This document shows, piece by piece, positions 9,915 to 22,799 of a DNA stretch of 29,366 bases (positions are counted from its first letter, which is position 1; each line of letters opens with the position of its first letter). The DNA is from Tilletiaria anomala UBC 951 (taxonomy: Eukaryota). A model generated the notes under the pieces. The model was given only the letters and a program-made list of their open reading frames with translations, made no database searches and had not been told where the DNA came from. Position numbers and translations under genes: made by a program. The stretch is taken from NCBI RefSeq assembly GCF_000711695.1, contig NW_013547021.1, forward strand, positions 434,001 through 463,366, read 5' to 3'.

Positions 9915-12900
9915 TTACGTCTTCTCGAACGGTAAGCGCATTGAATTATCCGGAAACATGTACTTGAACCAATGCTTCAAGAAGGCGGGCACGGAGGTGT
10001 GATCGTGATCTTGAATATCATCATTGATGCACACAAGCACAGCTTTCCCGTTCTTGCTCAAACTTTCGAGCTGCGCTTTTGATGCGGGGCCCTTACCGAG
10101 CTGCAAGAATTCGGTCGGACTGTGGCCGAGAACATACGAGTAGCGCATAAGCAGGCGGCGTGCAAAGTCGCGTGCTCCACCGCCGGACCAGCCGCTTAAG
10201 CGGGCAACAGACTGAACGGAAAAGTCGGGTTGGCGTTCGCGAGGCTGAGTGCCGTAGAACCATTTGCGCGTGAGTGGCAGATGAGGAACGCCACGGCGCA
10301 TGGAAGATTTGTTCTTGTTGCTTTCAGGTAAAAGCCGATCTGGGCTTGGAAGGACTGCAGAAAGACCCAATTCGCCACTCTGTTGCACGAGATGGGTTAT
10401 CACTGGGTGAGGATGGGTTGTGCGATTGAGACGTCAGCACAGTGACTTTGCCAAATAAAAAAGCGAACGTGACTTCTACACTCACAGCAGTCACCGCAGC
10501 GTGGCTCGTAGAATGTGACACGCTTGAAAAAGGCTTCGGAGGTTGTGCCGTTGTCTGACAAGCACCGACTCCACTCAATTTGGCACGCCGGTTCGGCTCG
10601 TGGCTTTTTGTCTCCTTGCGGCAGATAGTGCGGCCAGCCACCCACGTTCCAGTTTTGGGACGGTCCTGAGCCAACTTTGCCCCACACCTTAACCGCTGGA
10701 CGCGAGAGATCGCTGTACGGGAATCCATCGCCCGAGACAAACGGGTACTCGGTCGTCTGCGATGGCTTGACGCCGCGTGCCTGATGGTTGGCGCCAACAA
10801 CATCCAGAGCCGCGGTGCGACGGCGCGGGATACGCACTAGGCTGACGTTCTCTGTTGTGGAGCCGTTTACGAAGGCGAAAGAGGAGCGTAACGTCCGCAG
10901 CTCGTCTGCGTCAATGACGCCATCGCCATTGTTTTCCAAACGCAGCATGATGAAGATCCAGAGCATCGCCTCTCGGTGCCGTTCGATGATCATGTTGAAC
11001 GTGAGGTAATGACTGACGATGTTCATCCCCAGTCCACGGAATCGCGCCGTGCCTGCAGCCGTCAGATCCTCGCGCCAGATTAGGCGCGACTCGTGCAGCA
11101 GACTGCGGCTCATGGCGCGGTGAATATGAACAGGGTAGCGCCGTGTGCGCTTACCGAAGCGCTCATCGAGCAGATGCGACGCCATCTCGAGCCCGGGCCA
11201 CTCGCCCCCGCGGGTCCATACGGATTTGTCATGGCCGTGGACCACAAGATCTTCCTGGAAGCGCAGGGATGGGCCATATAGAGGAGAGACGATGTCGGCC
11301 AAGCTGAGCGGGCGCATGACGAAGAAGTCGTCGTTGGCGAAGAGGGCGATGTCTGCTAGACCAGGCAGGGATACAGGATCGATGACAGATTCGACAGCCA
11401 TCGAGTTGAATGTCGGCAGCGCGATGTGCTTGCGTAGGATCTTGGTTGCATTGTTGCTCTGCGTTCCCGCAACATCGTAAATCGACCAGTCGTGATGTAG
11501 ACGAAGTTGCACACCTTTCTCATCAGCCAATCGTCCCACACTTGACGGCTTCTCAGCATCAGCGCCAGTGAGCACGCGATCAGAGTTGATATCGAGCCAC
11601 ACAGGCCTTTGTCCGACCCTCTCCGAGCCGTCAGCCGTCGCGGTCCAACGGACATGCGTTGCCTTATGCTCGACAAGGATGTCCTCCACGCTCCGGCCCG
11701 TGTCGCGCGATACGGCTGCAACCATGCCGGGGAGCGCCCATGCGGGAAAGTCCGGCGCGATGACATGCACAGTGCGCAAATTTGGGATGGTCTTGGCGGC
11801 TGTGCGAATGGCATAACGTAGTTCGTCCATCTCTCTGCAAGAAGGCAAGGCGCATGAAGGCGGTCAACACATGGTCAGATACTCAAGGGCTTTCATTTGA
11901 GCTCACAGAAAGCGCATGCCTGCAACACCGATCTGCTTCTGCTTGCTGCGCTCTGTCCAATATTCTCGCTCCCTCGGCAGAATTCTCTGCTTGGTGAGCA
12001 AGATGGGCCAGACTGATTGTAGCCACTTTTCCAACTTGGCCTGCAACTCCTGTTCGGACTCCGGTACCAGCTCCTGTCTGCCGTTCGGCTGCGAACGCAC
12101 GCCTTTTGGACAGAGCTCGTCGTGCGCGGGTGCAGTCGAGGTGGTACAGTAGACGTGGTATTGACGGCTTTGCTGGTGGAGCGGATCGGAGCCATTAACC
12201 CACGTGAAGAGGATGTCGACGGGTGGGTCGAGTCTGATCGTGTGCTGGTCCCGAGGTGCATTTTGCGTGACGTTCAGCTTGCTGCACAGCTGGCCCTGTG
12301 CAATCCACTCTTCCAAGCATTCCTCTTCCTCGGTGAGCCATGCTTGACTCTCAATCGGCAGGAGCTCCTCTACGCGCGCCAACTCATGCGTGGAGAAGCC
12401 GGGCAGCGGATACCACTTTGGCAGGAACCCGTTCTCAACATCGAATACATCGGCCGGTGGCGCGGGCTCTTTCGAAGGCCCCTTGATCTCTGCGATACGG
12501 TACGGATCGTTCACCGTGATTTCCCACGGCTTGGCCGGTCGCGGGCCGACGAGGTATGCCAAACGTTCCGGGTCGAGGTTCTGCAGAAAGACAGCTTCTG
12601 CGTTCGGTTGGTTGCGATTGTCGACTTGGGAGCGGCGGTAAGAAAACCACGTGTTGCCGAGCACGAGTAACATAACAAGTGGTAGCAGCTTGCACAGGGG
12701 GCCGAGGCAAGCCCGCATTCGCGGTCGCCGCCGCAGCAGCCATGAGGACGACCGTGGCTCTGCGCTGCTGGCTGGAAGGAGCGAAGGCTCTCCGGTGTCA
12801 GATGAATACGCACTGCCTCGGAACAGGTGTCTTCGCCTGCCGAGCCCAAGAACTTGCCGCTCATGCGCGAGCCAGTCGCAGTCGTAATTCGGGTCGTCCA

Positions 12901-13459
12901 AGTCGTGATCACGGTGGCCTTTCCATGGTCGCTGTTCGATTTCATCGTCATGGAGGAGAGGCGCGTGTGACGGGGCCGGATGAGCCGGGGTGTACTCTTC
13001 GACGAACAGCTGGTTCCTTGCGTGGCGTGAGGCGTTATAGGCGGAAATGCCGCTGCTGCTGTCGCTGAGGCTCGTCTCGCCACTATACCTAGTGTCTCGG
13101 CCACTGCCCTCGTCACGGCTCATCTTGCCCATCTGTGGCGTGTTGGTGCCTTGAATTTCGCGCGCTTTCCCCTTGCCGTCCTTGCCTTCCATAATGGCCA
13201 ACACCAACTGGCTTGATGCGCCTCTGATGGAATACCCTTTCTGCTGGCGCTCGCGCATCTCCAGCGGAAGCGCAGAGCTCCGATGGTCTGGTGAAGAATA
13301 CGCATGCGCGTCTGCTACTGCTCCCGAAGCGACGGACGTCGGATGTAGATTCAAGCCAAGCGCCTCGTGTACATCGTAGATGTGCGGTAGCGATCGGCGC
13401 TGTACTGGCAGGAAGCCCGGAAAGGCCTTTATGTTTGTGGAAAGCTCTTCGCGCGGCAT
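9915..13459 (-). CDS. XPT1: Stealth-family sugar-1-phosphate transferase, Xpt1 (xylosylphosphotransferase)-like type II membrane protein; exons 13459(start uncertain)-11907, 11834-10486, 10402-9915
   Basis: Stealth CR1 PVDILFTWVNGSDP; CR2 RFLEMDELRYAIRT, PTFNSMAVES and FANDDFF; CR3 HIHRAMSRSLL; CGDCLITHLV...GLSAVLP; CR4 LVCINDDI. Single hydrophobic anchor LLPLVMLLVLGNTWF at about 12650-12700. 13459 is the first in-frame ATG, and later ATGs are possible starts. Confidence 0.88.
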
Positions 13460-16400
13460 GTAGACTTTATGCTGGATAGGAGGGGCTGGAAAGAAGAGGG
13501 CGTGACCTCGCTCCGGGGCTGCAAGGCAGGATCGCGAACATGTGTCCACTAAAAGAAGTAGCCACGCAACCAGCCAGGTGCACGGGACGAAGGGCTGCTT
13601 GTTAGATGGGTGTACGGGTTCGAAGCCGGGGTAGTAAGCGATCGAAGCTAGGAAACAAGGGATTCTATTTGCTTCAATGTAGAGATTTGTTACTTTCTTC
13701 GATTGGTTGGTTGTTTGCTTGTATGCGCGCTTGCTCCGTCCACCTTCAATCACCTCACGAGGCGGCGGGTGGCCACTGTAAGCGGGAAAGTCGTCGCGGC
13801 TGTGAAGGGAGCAGGAAAGGAGAAGCTGCTGCTTGCTGCTGATGATGTTGCAGGTTGCATGTTGGCCTATGCTTGCGACGATCGACACCCTGCGGTGGGT
13901 GAACCTAGAAGATGAACGAGGATGAAGAAGGCAGACGGATAGCACGATTGATATACTGATATCTCTAGTGCACCATCCATGTGGCGTTTCGGCAAAGATA
14001 GCAAGGCATGTTGACTGGACTTTGCCGGACCTTGTACGCTATAGAATGTCGAAACTGTAGATGCCAAGTCGTGAGAAGTCGGATTGAGCGCAAGCCGTCC
14101 GCCATGTGCGGTTCCTGCAAGCGGCGCTCAGTTGCCGAGCGCCTGCCTTGCAAGTCGCATGGGGAATATGTATGGAGCAACTGGAGCGAGCGCAACCGAA
14201 GCGTGCCGGAGGGAACGATGACCTGCCGCCGCCATTGTTTTCATGGCTGGTTTCTAATGATGAATAAAACACCGCTGGCTTTGTCGTTGGTACACACTAG
14301 ACTGGATGGGGCGACAGCACTATCGAAGGAGAACCGCACAACGAAGGCTGGGTTCCAGTATACCGCCGAACATGTGCCATGCAGGGATTGTCCTTTTCAC
14401 ACGTTCTTGATCGCCTCGCGGCAGCTTCAGAGCCCAGAAGGCGGCCAGCGGTTCCGTGCAGCTTGGAGAGTGCATGTGCCCACTCAGCAGCAGAGCGCGC
14501 GACGTGCGAGGATATGCATGGGTGGAGGACGATGCTGCCACTACTGCACTCGGACGGGTGGGCATGATACGAGTAGACTGACTACTTTTGACAATGGAGG
14601 GTGAACCTTGAGCAGGCGGCAGCTGACGATCGATCGGCATGAGGCTATGGCTGATGGATGTTGCAAGATGCCGCCGGCACATCCAGGCCCTCTGATGCAC
14701 AGTGCCGCCGATGCCGCGGGCGTGCTCATAGAAGTGGGCACTGGCAGACTGTGTGCTACGAAAGTTCAATGCTGTTTGCGCTGAGTTGCCGATTGGTACT
14801 GGCGTTGCCGAATGCCGGGTGCCGATTGCGTAGGCTGACGAAGGCAGTGTCGACGCCACCACCAAAAGTGGGCACCAACGCAGTCCCCATTCAACCGCAG
14901 TCCAACGCTCAAGGCCCTCGCCGCCGAGCACAGACGTGCAGACTACAGGCATCAGCAGCATACATACTGGGAAGGTGTGGAGAGAGCCCAACACAGTAAA
15001 GTGCACAAACGGGGAAACAGGGTTTCACGGCAACAGGATGGAAAGCCGCAAGGGGAGCAGTACCGGCACGGACCACCGACTAATTCCAAGCTGGTCCTTC
15101 TCTCTGCCAGTTTGCCTGCATCCTGCCTGCTATGCTCCCTCCTCTCGCCTCTGGTTCCTCGTACACTCTGATGAGAGAGCCTGACGCCACTAGGCGTAGT
15201 TTAGGGGGCTGGCTGGCTAACGCCTGCTGAGTACATTCTATGTACCGACCTTGAGTGTTAACGATGCGGGTGCCTATGCTCCTCGACCAAGGCACCAACA
15301 TCTCTGAACATCATACAACCTTTCTTCATCCGTTCCACCTGTTCCATCTCAACCGTGAACTAAAGTTGTTTGCTTTATATATGCGCATAGCACATGGCAG
15401 CTTTTTGCGCTTCATTTTCCCCTTGTCTGCGAAAAGACCGACGCCCGACCACAAGCAACCGATCAGGTCTGTGCGTCGAGTTTCGCCACCTGGGTTCAAG
15501 TCGTCAAAGGCTTTACGAGCGTGCCTGTGCTCTTGCGCAATTTTTTCTGTCGGACGGATACGCGCGCCTGTTAGAGGCAGGCACTCAAGCACCCGGCGTG
15601 GGACCAGAGCAGCCTGCGTCTGTCGTGCTATGCAGGGGCGCCTGGTTCGAACTCTCCGTCCTACCCGCCATTTCGCCTAGTCGATGCTTCCAGTGCAGAC
15701 GACACAGGGGGAGGGGGTCATCGACGGTAACAGTCGAATTCGGTTCAGCCAAGCATGGTGCTCGAATTATGAGATGAGTTAGAGCCGTCGAGAGCGTGGC
15801 GACTCTACTACAGAAGCCAGACGATTCATGCGATCCCGTCAGGCATCGTACCAAGGAAGGAGTCTATGAGCCGTCGGCATCAACGGTAATGCCTCTGGTT
15901 GGCCCGCACCACCATACGCCGTACTTGCCGCTCGCCAGGTCCTCGCTTTCCTCGTGCCGTTCGCACCACCTTGAAAGGTCGTTACCATTATTGCAGGCCC
16001 AGCCAGGACAGTCATAAATCTTCCACCGTACAACTCTATCATGATTACCTGAAATTTGACGAGCCGGTGGACACGGAACAGAACCGCTTGTATTTCTATG
16101 GCCACCACAGTGTTAATGAGATTTGTGCATTTCTTAGCGTCGCCATCAACAGAAAGTAGCAGCGTCTGCTTCGAGGTCCGAAATGGAGATCCCAACTCGC
16201 CAACAGGTTGATAGTGGTCCCGTGGGACGCACACGCTATTCGTCTATCAATTTCATTGGCCGCCCCCACTGGGGATATCGACGTGCTCACTCGTAGAGAG
16301 AAGCATGGCCCGCACCAGCCTTGTAAACAGGATTCCCGGGACTTTGCGAAGTCACCGAGCGATTCGATACGGACAAGAAGAACACGACTCTCGAGTGTCA

Positions 16401-16775
16401 AGAGATGTCAGAACGAGTTAATTAGTGTGCACAAAGTCTCCATCAGCACGTAATGCGTGGAGGGGCCACTTGTTTTTCAGCACATTTCCCCCTTTGTAGC
16501 TAGGGCCTGCGCAGGCGTGTGTACACTTTTTGAGTGACTTGACCGTGCTGATGGATATGCATGGCGTCTGCTCTAGCTGGCGGTGAGCTGAGTCTGTGAG
16601 GAAGAGACTAGTCAGGAAAAGGGGGATAAGCTAACAAGGAGAGAGCGGGGCAGTGCCTCGCCCTCCGTCGGCCCTCGGGCACCCGCGCTGCGCTGGCCCG
16701 GGCCACTGCTCTGCATTGCGCAGCAGTGAGCAGAGGTCTGAGTTGAAAGCAGGGTACGACAGGCCGGTAGCGGCA

Positions 16776-16800
16776 TGTGTGTGTGTGAGAGTGTGTATGT
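16776..16800. repeat. Imperfect (TG)n microsatellite
   Basis: tgtgtgtgtgtgagagtgtgtatgt. Confidence 0.7.
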
Positions 16801-17185
16801 ACGTGCCTGCCTTACTGGACCGCTGACTGCTCGTCGCTATGATCGACTGGTTCCCATTCTTGCATCTTCTGCGCTTGTGTTGGTTGGGTGTGTGCTGCTC
16901 ATAACAATCTAGATGCGCCACGACCACCAGCCCTCTTCACTCCATCCATGTGCAGACGGTGGGGGGAACCCCTCGGCTCGCGCAGGGTCCAAGCTACACA
17001 GTCTCCTCTGCAGCGGCAGTGAGGACGACACACACTCTCTCTCTTCGCCCCTCCTTGGGCGATCGGTTGGTTGGACCCGCGTGGCCATCATCCGCGTCAG
17101 CCACTTCTCTTCCAGCATCATCGGCGGTAGCACTGCATCAAGCGCACCTTCGCCCTCCTCCCATCCCATCCCCTGTCGCGGGTAG

Positions 17186-20100
17186 ATGCAGCAACCCGCG
17201 CCGACAGCCACAATGGAGCGCTCAGGCAGCGGCGGCGCAGCCGCACAAGAGTCAGTTGCTATCCCACCTAGGACGCAAGGCAAGCGACTGGACGCTGAAG
17301 AGGGTCAGCGGGGACAAGGCAATGGTCCAAAGACAGCGGACAGGGCCGCCTTCCTGCCTTCTTCTCCGCCTGCCCGACCCCCGACAGTTGTACCACTGCG
17401 CTCGAACGATATCACACCCAAGCCTGGCAACTGGCTTGCGTCCTCCCATTCCGCGTCCTCCGACCCGTCATCGAATCAGCAGGGTCAGCAGCAGCAACCG
17501 AGCCTCTTCGGCTGGGTCAAGTCTGCAATCGGTGGCCTCGCGCCTTCGCCGGCGGCCATGGGCATGTCCGACGTGCTCAGCCCAAGGAGCGAAGCGCAGG
17601 TCTTCGCCGATGCCCAGCGCTCCAAGGGTAACCGTCAATGGCCCCGGAGTGCTCGAGCACCCAGCGAGACTTCTGGAGGTAGCTCTGGCGGTGCGGGTCG
17701 CCTTGATACTGGCGAGTACGTGGAGGATAATTCATATGCGGGACACGGAGCTTTCGGAGGATCAATGGGCCTAGGATATCCAGACGGAGAAGTGTCCCAG
17801 GCCCGCTCGTCCTATCAGGTTAGCCGGAAGATGAGGCGCGCTGCACTGCCAGCTACTCCTGACGGCAACGAAGCCTACGCGCTACCCGCTTCTGCACGGT
17901 CGTCCATGTCCTACTCGGACAGCGGCGTCTATTCGGACGAAGATCCCTCCGAGGCGAGCTCCGACGACGGCGAGTACTGCCCAGAGGGGGATGAATACTC
18001 GGACGACGACAGCATTGCAACGGAAGAAGAGCTCTACGTGCCATTTCAGTCGCGCCAAGTCCCCCCTCCGCTCGTGCGACCAGCTGCCCGGCGCGATGGA
18101 GCGACGCTCGCGCTCGGACCAGACAGCCCGATCAACGAGCTGTCTGAGCTCACCTTCGCTCCGCTATCCATCGACAACAGCAACAGCGCCCAGTCAGAGG
18201 TCCTTCCACAAAGCAACAGCACAGGCAGCGGCTTCATCAAAAGGGCCGACCTGAGCCTGAACGACCCGCGTCTGCAGGACGGCAACGCCGTTGTCGAAGA
18301 TATGACGCCCGCGAGCGGCGGCGGCGCACTGCCCAGCTTTGTGCTGGCGCCCCCTGGCGACGATGCCAATGATGAGAATGAGAATGTGCATGTAAGGGCA
18401 GGTGTTGAGTACGCGCCAATCGACCGGACGACCGAAGCGACGCCCGTGCCCGGCGGCCGGCGCGCGAGCGTCGTCGCGGCCGGCGCGGGGGACATGGCGA
18501 ACGAGACCAAGGAGCAGATCGTCCTCGGCTCTCGGGGACGCAATGGTCTCCCCTCGCCGATGGCGCCGGCGCTCGTGCAGCAGCACTGGAGCGACGAGGA
18601 TCGCAGCAAGACGCCGCTTGCTTCCGCAGGCCGGCCGAGCATGAATGGCGGCGCTGCCGGCCAAGCACAAGTACAAGCACAGCAGCTGCAGCAGGTCGCA
18701 GCGGACAAGAAGGCCGCGCGCGCCGAGCGCAAGTCCTTCAGCGAGGCGTCTGCCACAGTTGCGCCACCCATGCGCTCTAACCTCTCTTCTGCTTCGTCCT
18801 CCACATCGAACGGGAGCGGCGGGTCGTTCGGCGCAGCCACGCTGGCTATCGATCAGCAGCAGGCACCAGCGCAGACGCAGCAGCCCAAGCGTGGGTTCTT
18901 TGGACGTAGCAAAGCGGGCAGCGGCGCGGATGCGGACGCGGACGCAGGCAAGCTCAGCAGGAGAGGCAGCGAGAGCCAGCACTCGCGCCGTTCCAGTCTC
19001 AGCAGCAACAGCGGTGGTGGCGGCACCGGGTTAGGGCCGAGAAAAAGCAACTGGCTCTTCGGCGGTTCGAGACATAAGTACGGCAGTTCCGCCGCGTCCT
19101 CCGCGTCCTCCGCTGCGTCGAACACTGCGCACAGCTCCGAGGCCGGCAGCGCGGCGGGCATCGATGCTGCCGACGCATCGTCGCCCAAGCAGAAAGGCGG
19201 AAGGAAGGACAGGAAGAGCGGGGCGCATACACAGAGTGTGTCTGAGGCTTCCATCAACTCTTTGGACACAGTGGATGACGATCAATCGTTGCACAGCGTC
19301 GGAGGGCAGTCGAGCACGGGCAGAAAGAGTGTAGCTGGCTCGTCCGTCCGGTCTGAGAGCAAGGCGCCAAAGAAGCTCAAGCTTCACTACAAGAACAAGA
19401 GCTCGAAGGAACGCAACTTTGACAAGATCTTTCTTGCGCAGGAGCTGCATGTCGGCAGCGGTGGCGGAAACAGCAGAGGTGGCCTCGCGTCCACTCGGCA
19501 CGATTCACTGGCATCGTGCATTAGCAGCTTGACCAACTCGTCCATGCCGTCGCCTGGGCGCCCACCTTTGCCCCACCTCAATAGCTCAGCAAGCCTCACG
19601 AGTAACGACAGCGCCCAGCTGGCCAACGGCCGTCCACTGTCCGTGCACTCCACCGCGCCGTCGGTCGCGTCGAGCACCGCGTCACACAACAAGGGCCGCG
19701 CCATCTGGGCAATGCGCTGGAGCCCCTGTGGGCACTACCTCGCCGTGGCGGGGCAGACGTGCGTCATCACGATCTATGAGGTGCTTTCGACAAAAGCGGC
19801 GCGTCAGCAGGAGGTGGAGCTGGCGCGCATGCGCGCGATGCTCCAGCAATCGGACAATTCTGCGATCCGCTCGAACGGATCCATGAGCAGCAACAAGAAA
19901 GGTAAGAACGGCACCCCACCCGCATCGAGCGGGAGGGACCAGTTCCCCGTCCTCAGCAGCACGCCCGTGCGCGAACTGCGCGGACACAGCCTCGACGTGC
20001 TCGATATCAGCTGGAGCAAGAACAATTTCCTGCTCAGCTGCAGCATGGACAAGACGGCCAAGCTCTGGCACATCTCGCGCGACGAATGCCTCTGCACGTT

Positions 20101-21248
20101 TGCTCACCTCGACTTTGTCGTAAGCTGAGGCGCTCCAGTTTCTTAATCCGACCGATGTGACTGACGCAGTTCTTTTATTTCGGGATGTAGACCGCAGCAT
20201 GCTTCCACCCCAAGGACGATCGATTTTTCATCAGCGGAAGCCTTGACGGCAAGCTTCGCCTCTGGAGTAAGAGTCAAAATCGTGTTTTTGCGAGCACAGA
20301 GCCGCTGATGACCTTGCCTTTTTATTCTTCGTATTTTTAGACATCCCTGCCAAGAAGGTTCAGGCAAGCCAAGAGGTGCCGGGCTTGATTACGGCATGCA
20401 CATTCACTCAAAGCGGCGCGACGGCTTGCGTCGGCACCTTCTCTGGCGCTGCGCTGTTCTACGAAACGGAGCGCCTGACGTACAGCACTTCCATCGCTGT
20501 GAGGTCGTCGTCCAGCAAGAATGCCCGAGGCCGCAAGATCACCGGCATCGAGCCAGTCTGGACGCCAGACGGATCCGAAAAGGTTCTCATCACGAGCAAC
20601 GACTCGCGGGTCCGAGTGTACGACATCAAGCTCAAGCGGCTTGCCAAAAAGTTCAAGGGTGCCACCTACCTCAATCGAACGAGCCAGATTCGTGCCAGCG
20701 TCAGCGATGATGGTAACTTCGTCGTTTCTGGCAGCGAAGATGCCCATGTGTACATCTGGGACGCGGGCACCGGCCCAGCTAGCCTGCTCAGCCTCGACAT
20801 GCTGCAGGGCAAGGGAAAGAATCCAGATGCGTCTTACGAGTACTGGACTGCGCATCCTGGCACGGTCACCAGTGCGCTCGTCGCACCACTCAAGGCGCAT
20901 GGATTTCTTGAAGCATCCGAAGATCCCATCTCGATTCATGCGTCAATGCAGCAAGCAGGCAAGGTGTCGAACAGTACCACATCCACACTGACGGCCATTT
21001 CCCTAGCAAACGCAGTTTCTCCGGCCATGCCCGCGCACATGCTCCCAGGCGGCCTGCCGAACCAGCCGAACCCTGCCTTTGACGCCAAGCGCAACCGCAT
21101 CATCTGCACGGTCGACGAGTCTTCCACGCTGCGTGTCTGGCGCGCTGACTCGTATGGCGTGCTCAAGAACATGGCTCCCACCTTTGCGCTTCCACCACAG
21201 ACCGATAGCACGCTCAGCAAGATGAGCGATGCATCTGAATCCAGTTGA
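17186..21248 (+). CDS. WD40-repeat protein of the WDR44 / yeast Dgr2-Ymr102c family with long disordered N-terminus; exons 17186-20119, 20191-20266, 20341-21248
   Basis: Motifs FDKIFLAQEL, AIWAMRWSPCGHYLAVAGQ, GHSLDVLDISWSKNNFLLSCSMDKTAKLWH, CLCTFAHLDFV|TAACFHPKDDRFFISGSLDGKLRLW|NIP, KITGI, LITSNDSRVRVY and QIRASVSDDGNFVVSGSED. Two GT-AG introns keep frame. Confidence 0.92.
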
Positions 21249-21366
21249 GCGGCCTCACCAAAGCTATCCGAAAAAGATACTTTTCATCATAATTACACAA
21301 CATCGATGCATTACAAGGGGCTTGCCATGGTACTGTCATATAGAGCAGTTCATTTTTCTCTTCAAT

Positions 21367-22799
21367 TCACCTTTTCCATCCTTCATCTTCTCGATTTGTC
21401 AAGTCTGGCAGCCACAACGCGGTTTCAGTACCTCCTGTGAGAAAGCACGCCGTTCTCGGATTAAAAGCGACGACTGAGGGCAGAGAACCTTTGAGCCCTT
21501 GCAGCATCGTGATAGGCTCCAGGGTTCGCGGCTCGACAAAATCGATCGCCTTGACTTCCGGGATCTCCCATGCGGCGATGCGACTGTCAGCTGAGCCTGT
21601 AAGGGAAGTAAAAGGCAGGGAGGCGTTACCACATACCGCATGCCAATGTGCAGATGGCAAATCCATGCTACGCACCTGCTAAGACGAACTTGGCGTCGGG
21701 TGTCCATGCGAGCTCGCGGCCCAGCAATTCAGCGGACGAGCCCACCAGTTCTGCGGAAAGGCTCGAATGACCTATCAGTCGAAAGAGACGCTTACCGCCA
21801 AAGGAATCGTACACGTAGTGAACGTTCCCTGCAGTGCCGACGAGCATGTATTCGCCGTGGTTACAAAATTGAATCGAGGTGATCCTCGGCGTGGCGCCTC
21901 CAGCTTTGTCGGGAAAGACTTTGATATTCTGGAAAGGCTTGTTCTGAAGCTTCTTGACGTCGTAGAGGCAAATGCTGCCGACCTCGGGGAAAGCAATGAC
22001 CAGTACAACACCCATGGGGTCCCAAGCGACCAGGGGATGACCTTGGACTTTTACCGAAGCCACGGCTCCTTCTGCCTTCAGATCCCATAGCCGCACCGTG
22101 TCATTCTCTGCGGCGGTCGCAAAGAGGTCTTTGTCTGGAGCCATCTCCATGCTGGTCACCCTGCTTGGCAGGTCGGAGCCGCTTCAGCACTCGATGCAAG
22201 TGATCGATGCTCGCAGCGACAGTCTACACACCTGCCTTCGTGCCCTTGGAAAAATGTGATGTACTTTTGCTTGCAAAGATCGAGGTGCTGAGCTCGATCT
22301 ACGATGTATGGAGCGAATGGAACGATTCAGATCGTACGAACGCCACGCGGCCAGCGCGAAACCTCACTGAGCGTCTTGGTGCTTGTATGAAGGACCCGGA
22401 GCCTTGTATGCGTGTTTCGAACGAGGCCTACGCCATACTTTTGGACTGGTACCGACTGCTTGAGACTGGAAAGAGCATGCCAATAGCAGTTAGAGCGTCA
22501 GGTGACACGTTTGTGCAGGACTCGCTCGGTCGAAAGCGGACTGACAGGCCTTTTGCACAATCGTACAAGTGCAGCCGGTCATCTTGGCTGCTGGTAACGA
22601 CAGTGGAGCCGTCATCGCTGAAACTTGCATTTGTGATAAGCAGGGCAGAGTCCGTGGATCTTTGAACGGCAGCCTGCGTCTTGTCTCGCGCACGGAATGA
22701 TTTGAACGGCCTGAACTTGCCGACGACCTCTGACGTCAATGTGATCGATTCCGGCTTGGACGATGGCTCCCCCCGGCCAGAAGTCCTGTTTCTCGACAT
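21367..22799 (-). CDS. SWD2: Swd2/WDR82-like WD40 subunit of COMPASS/CPF; 5 exons: 22799-22546, 22465-22368, 22298-22232, 22160-21676, 21596-21367
   Basis: Spliced product includes FSDDGSTVVTSSQDDRLHLYDC, QKYGVGLVRNTH, HTSTK, KYITFFQGHEGRVTSMEMAP, DTVRLWDL, VAWDPMG, LYDVK...PF, QFCNHGEYMLVGT, WTPDAKFVLAGSAD, VVAFNPR and ALWLPD. All introns are GT-AG and in frame. Confidence 0.9.

Noticed and set aside
13460..13945. 162-codon stop-free extension upstream of the first XPT1 ATG
   Set aside because: It starts at GTG and has no recognisable protein character. It is treated as leader/promoter unless ribosome profiling shows otherwise.
15595..15672. tRNA-like look (GGTTCGAA followed by CCGCCA)
   Set aside because: The T-stem does not pair, and no D or anticodon arm can be built.
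18046..19704. Long antisense ORFs (up to 264 aa) opposite the WD40 gene, and similar ones opposite other genes
   Set aside because: Expected shadows of GC-rich coding sequence, with no motifs.
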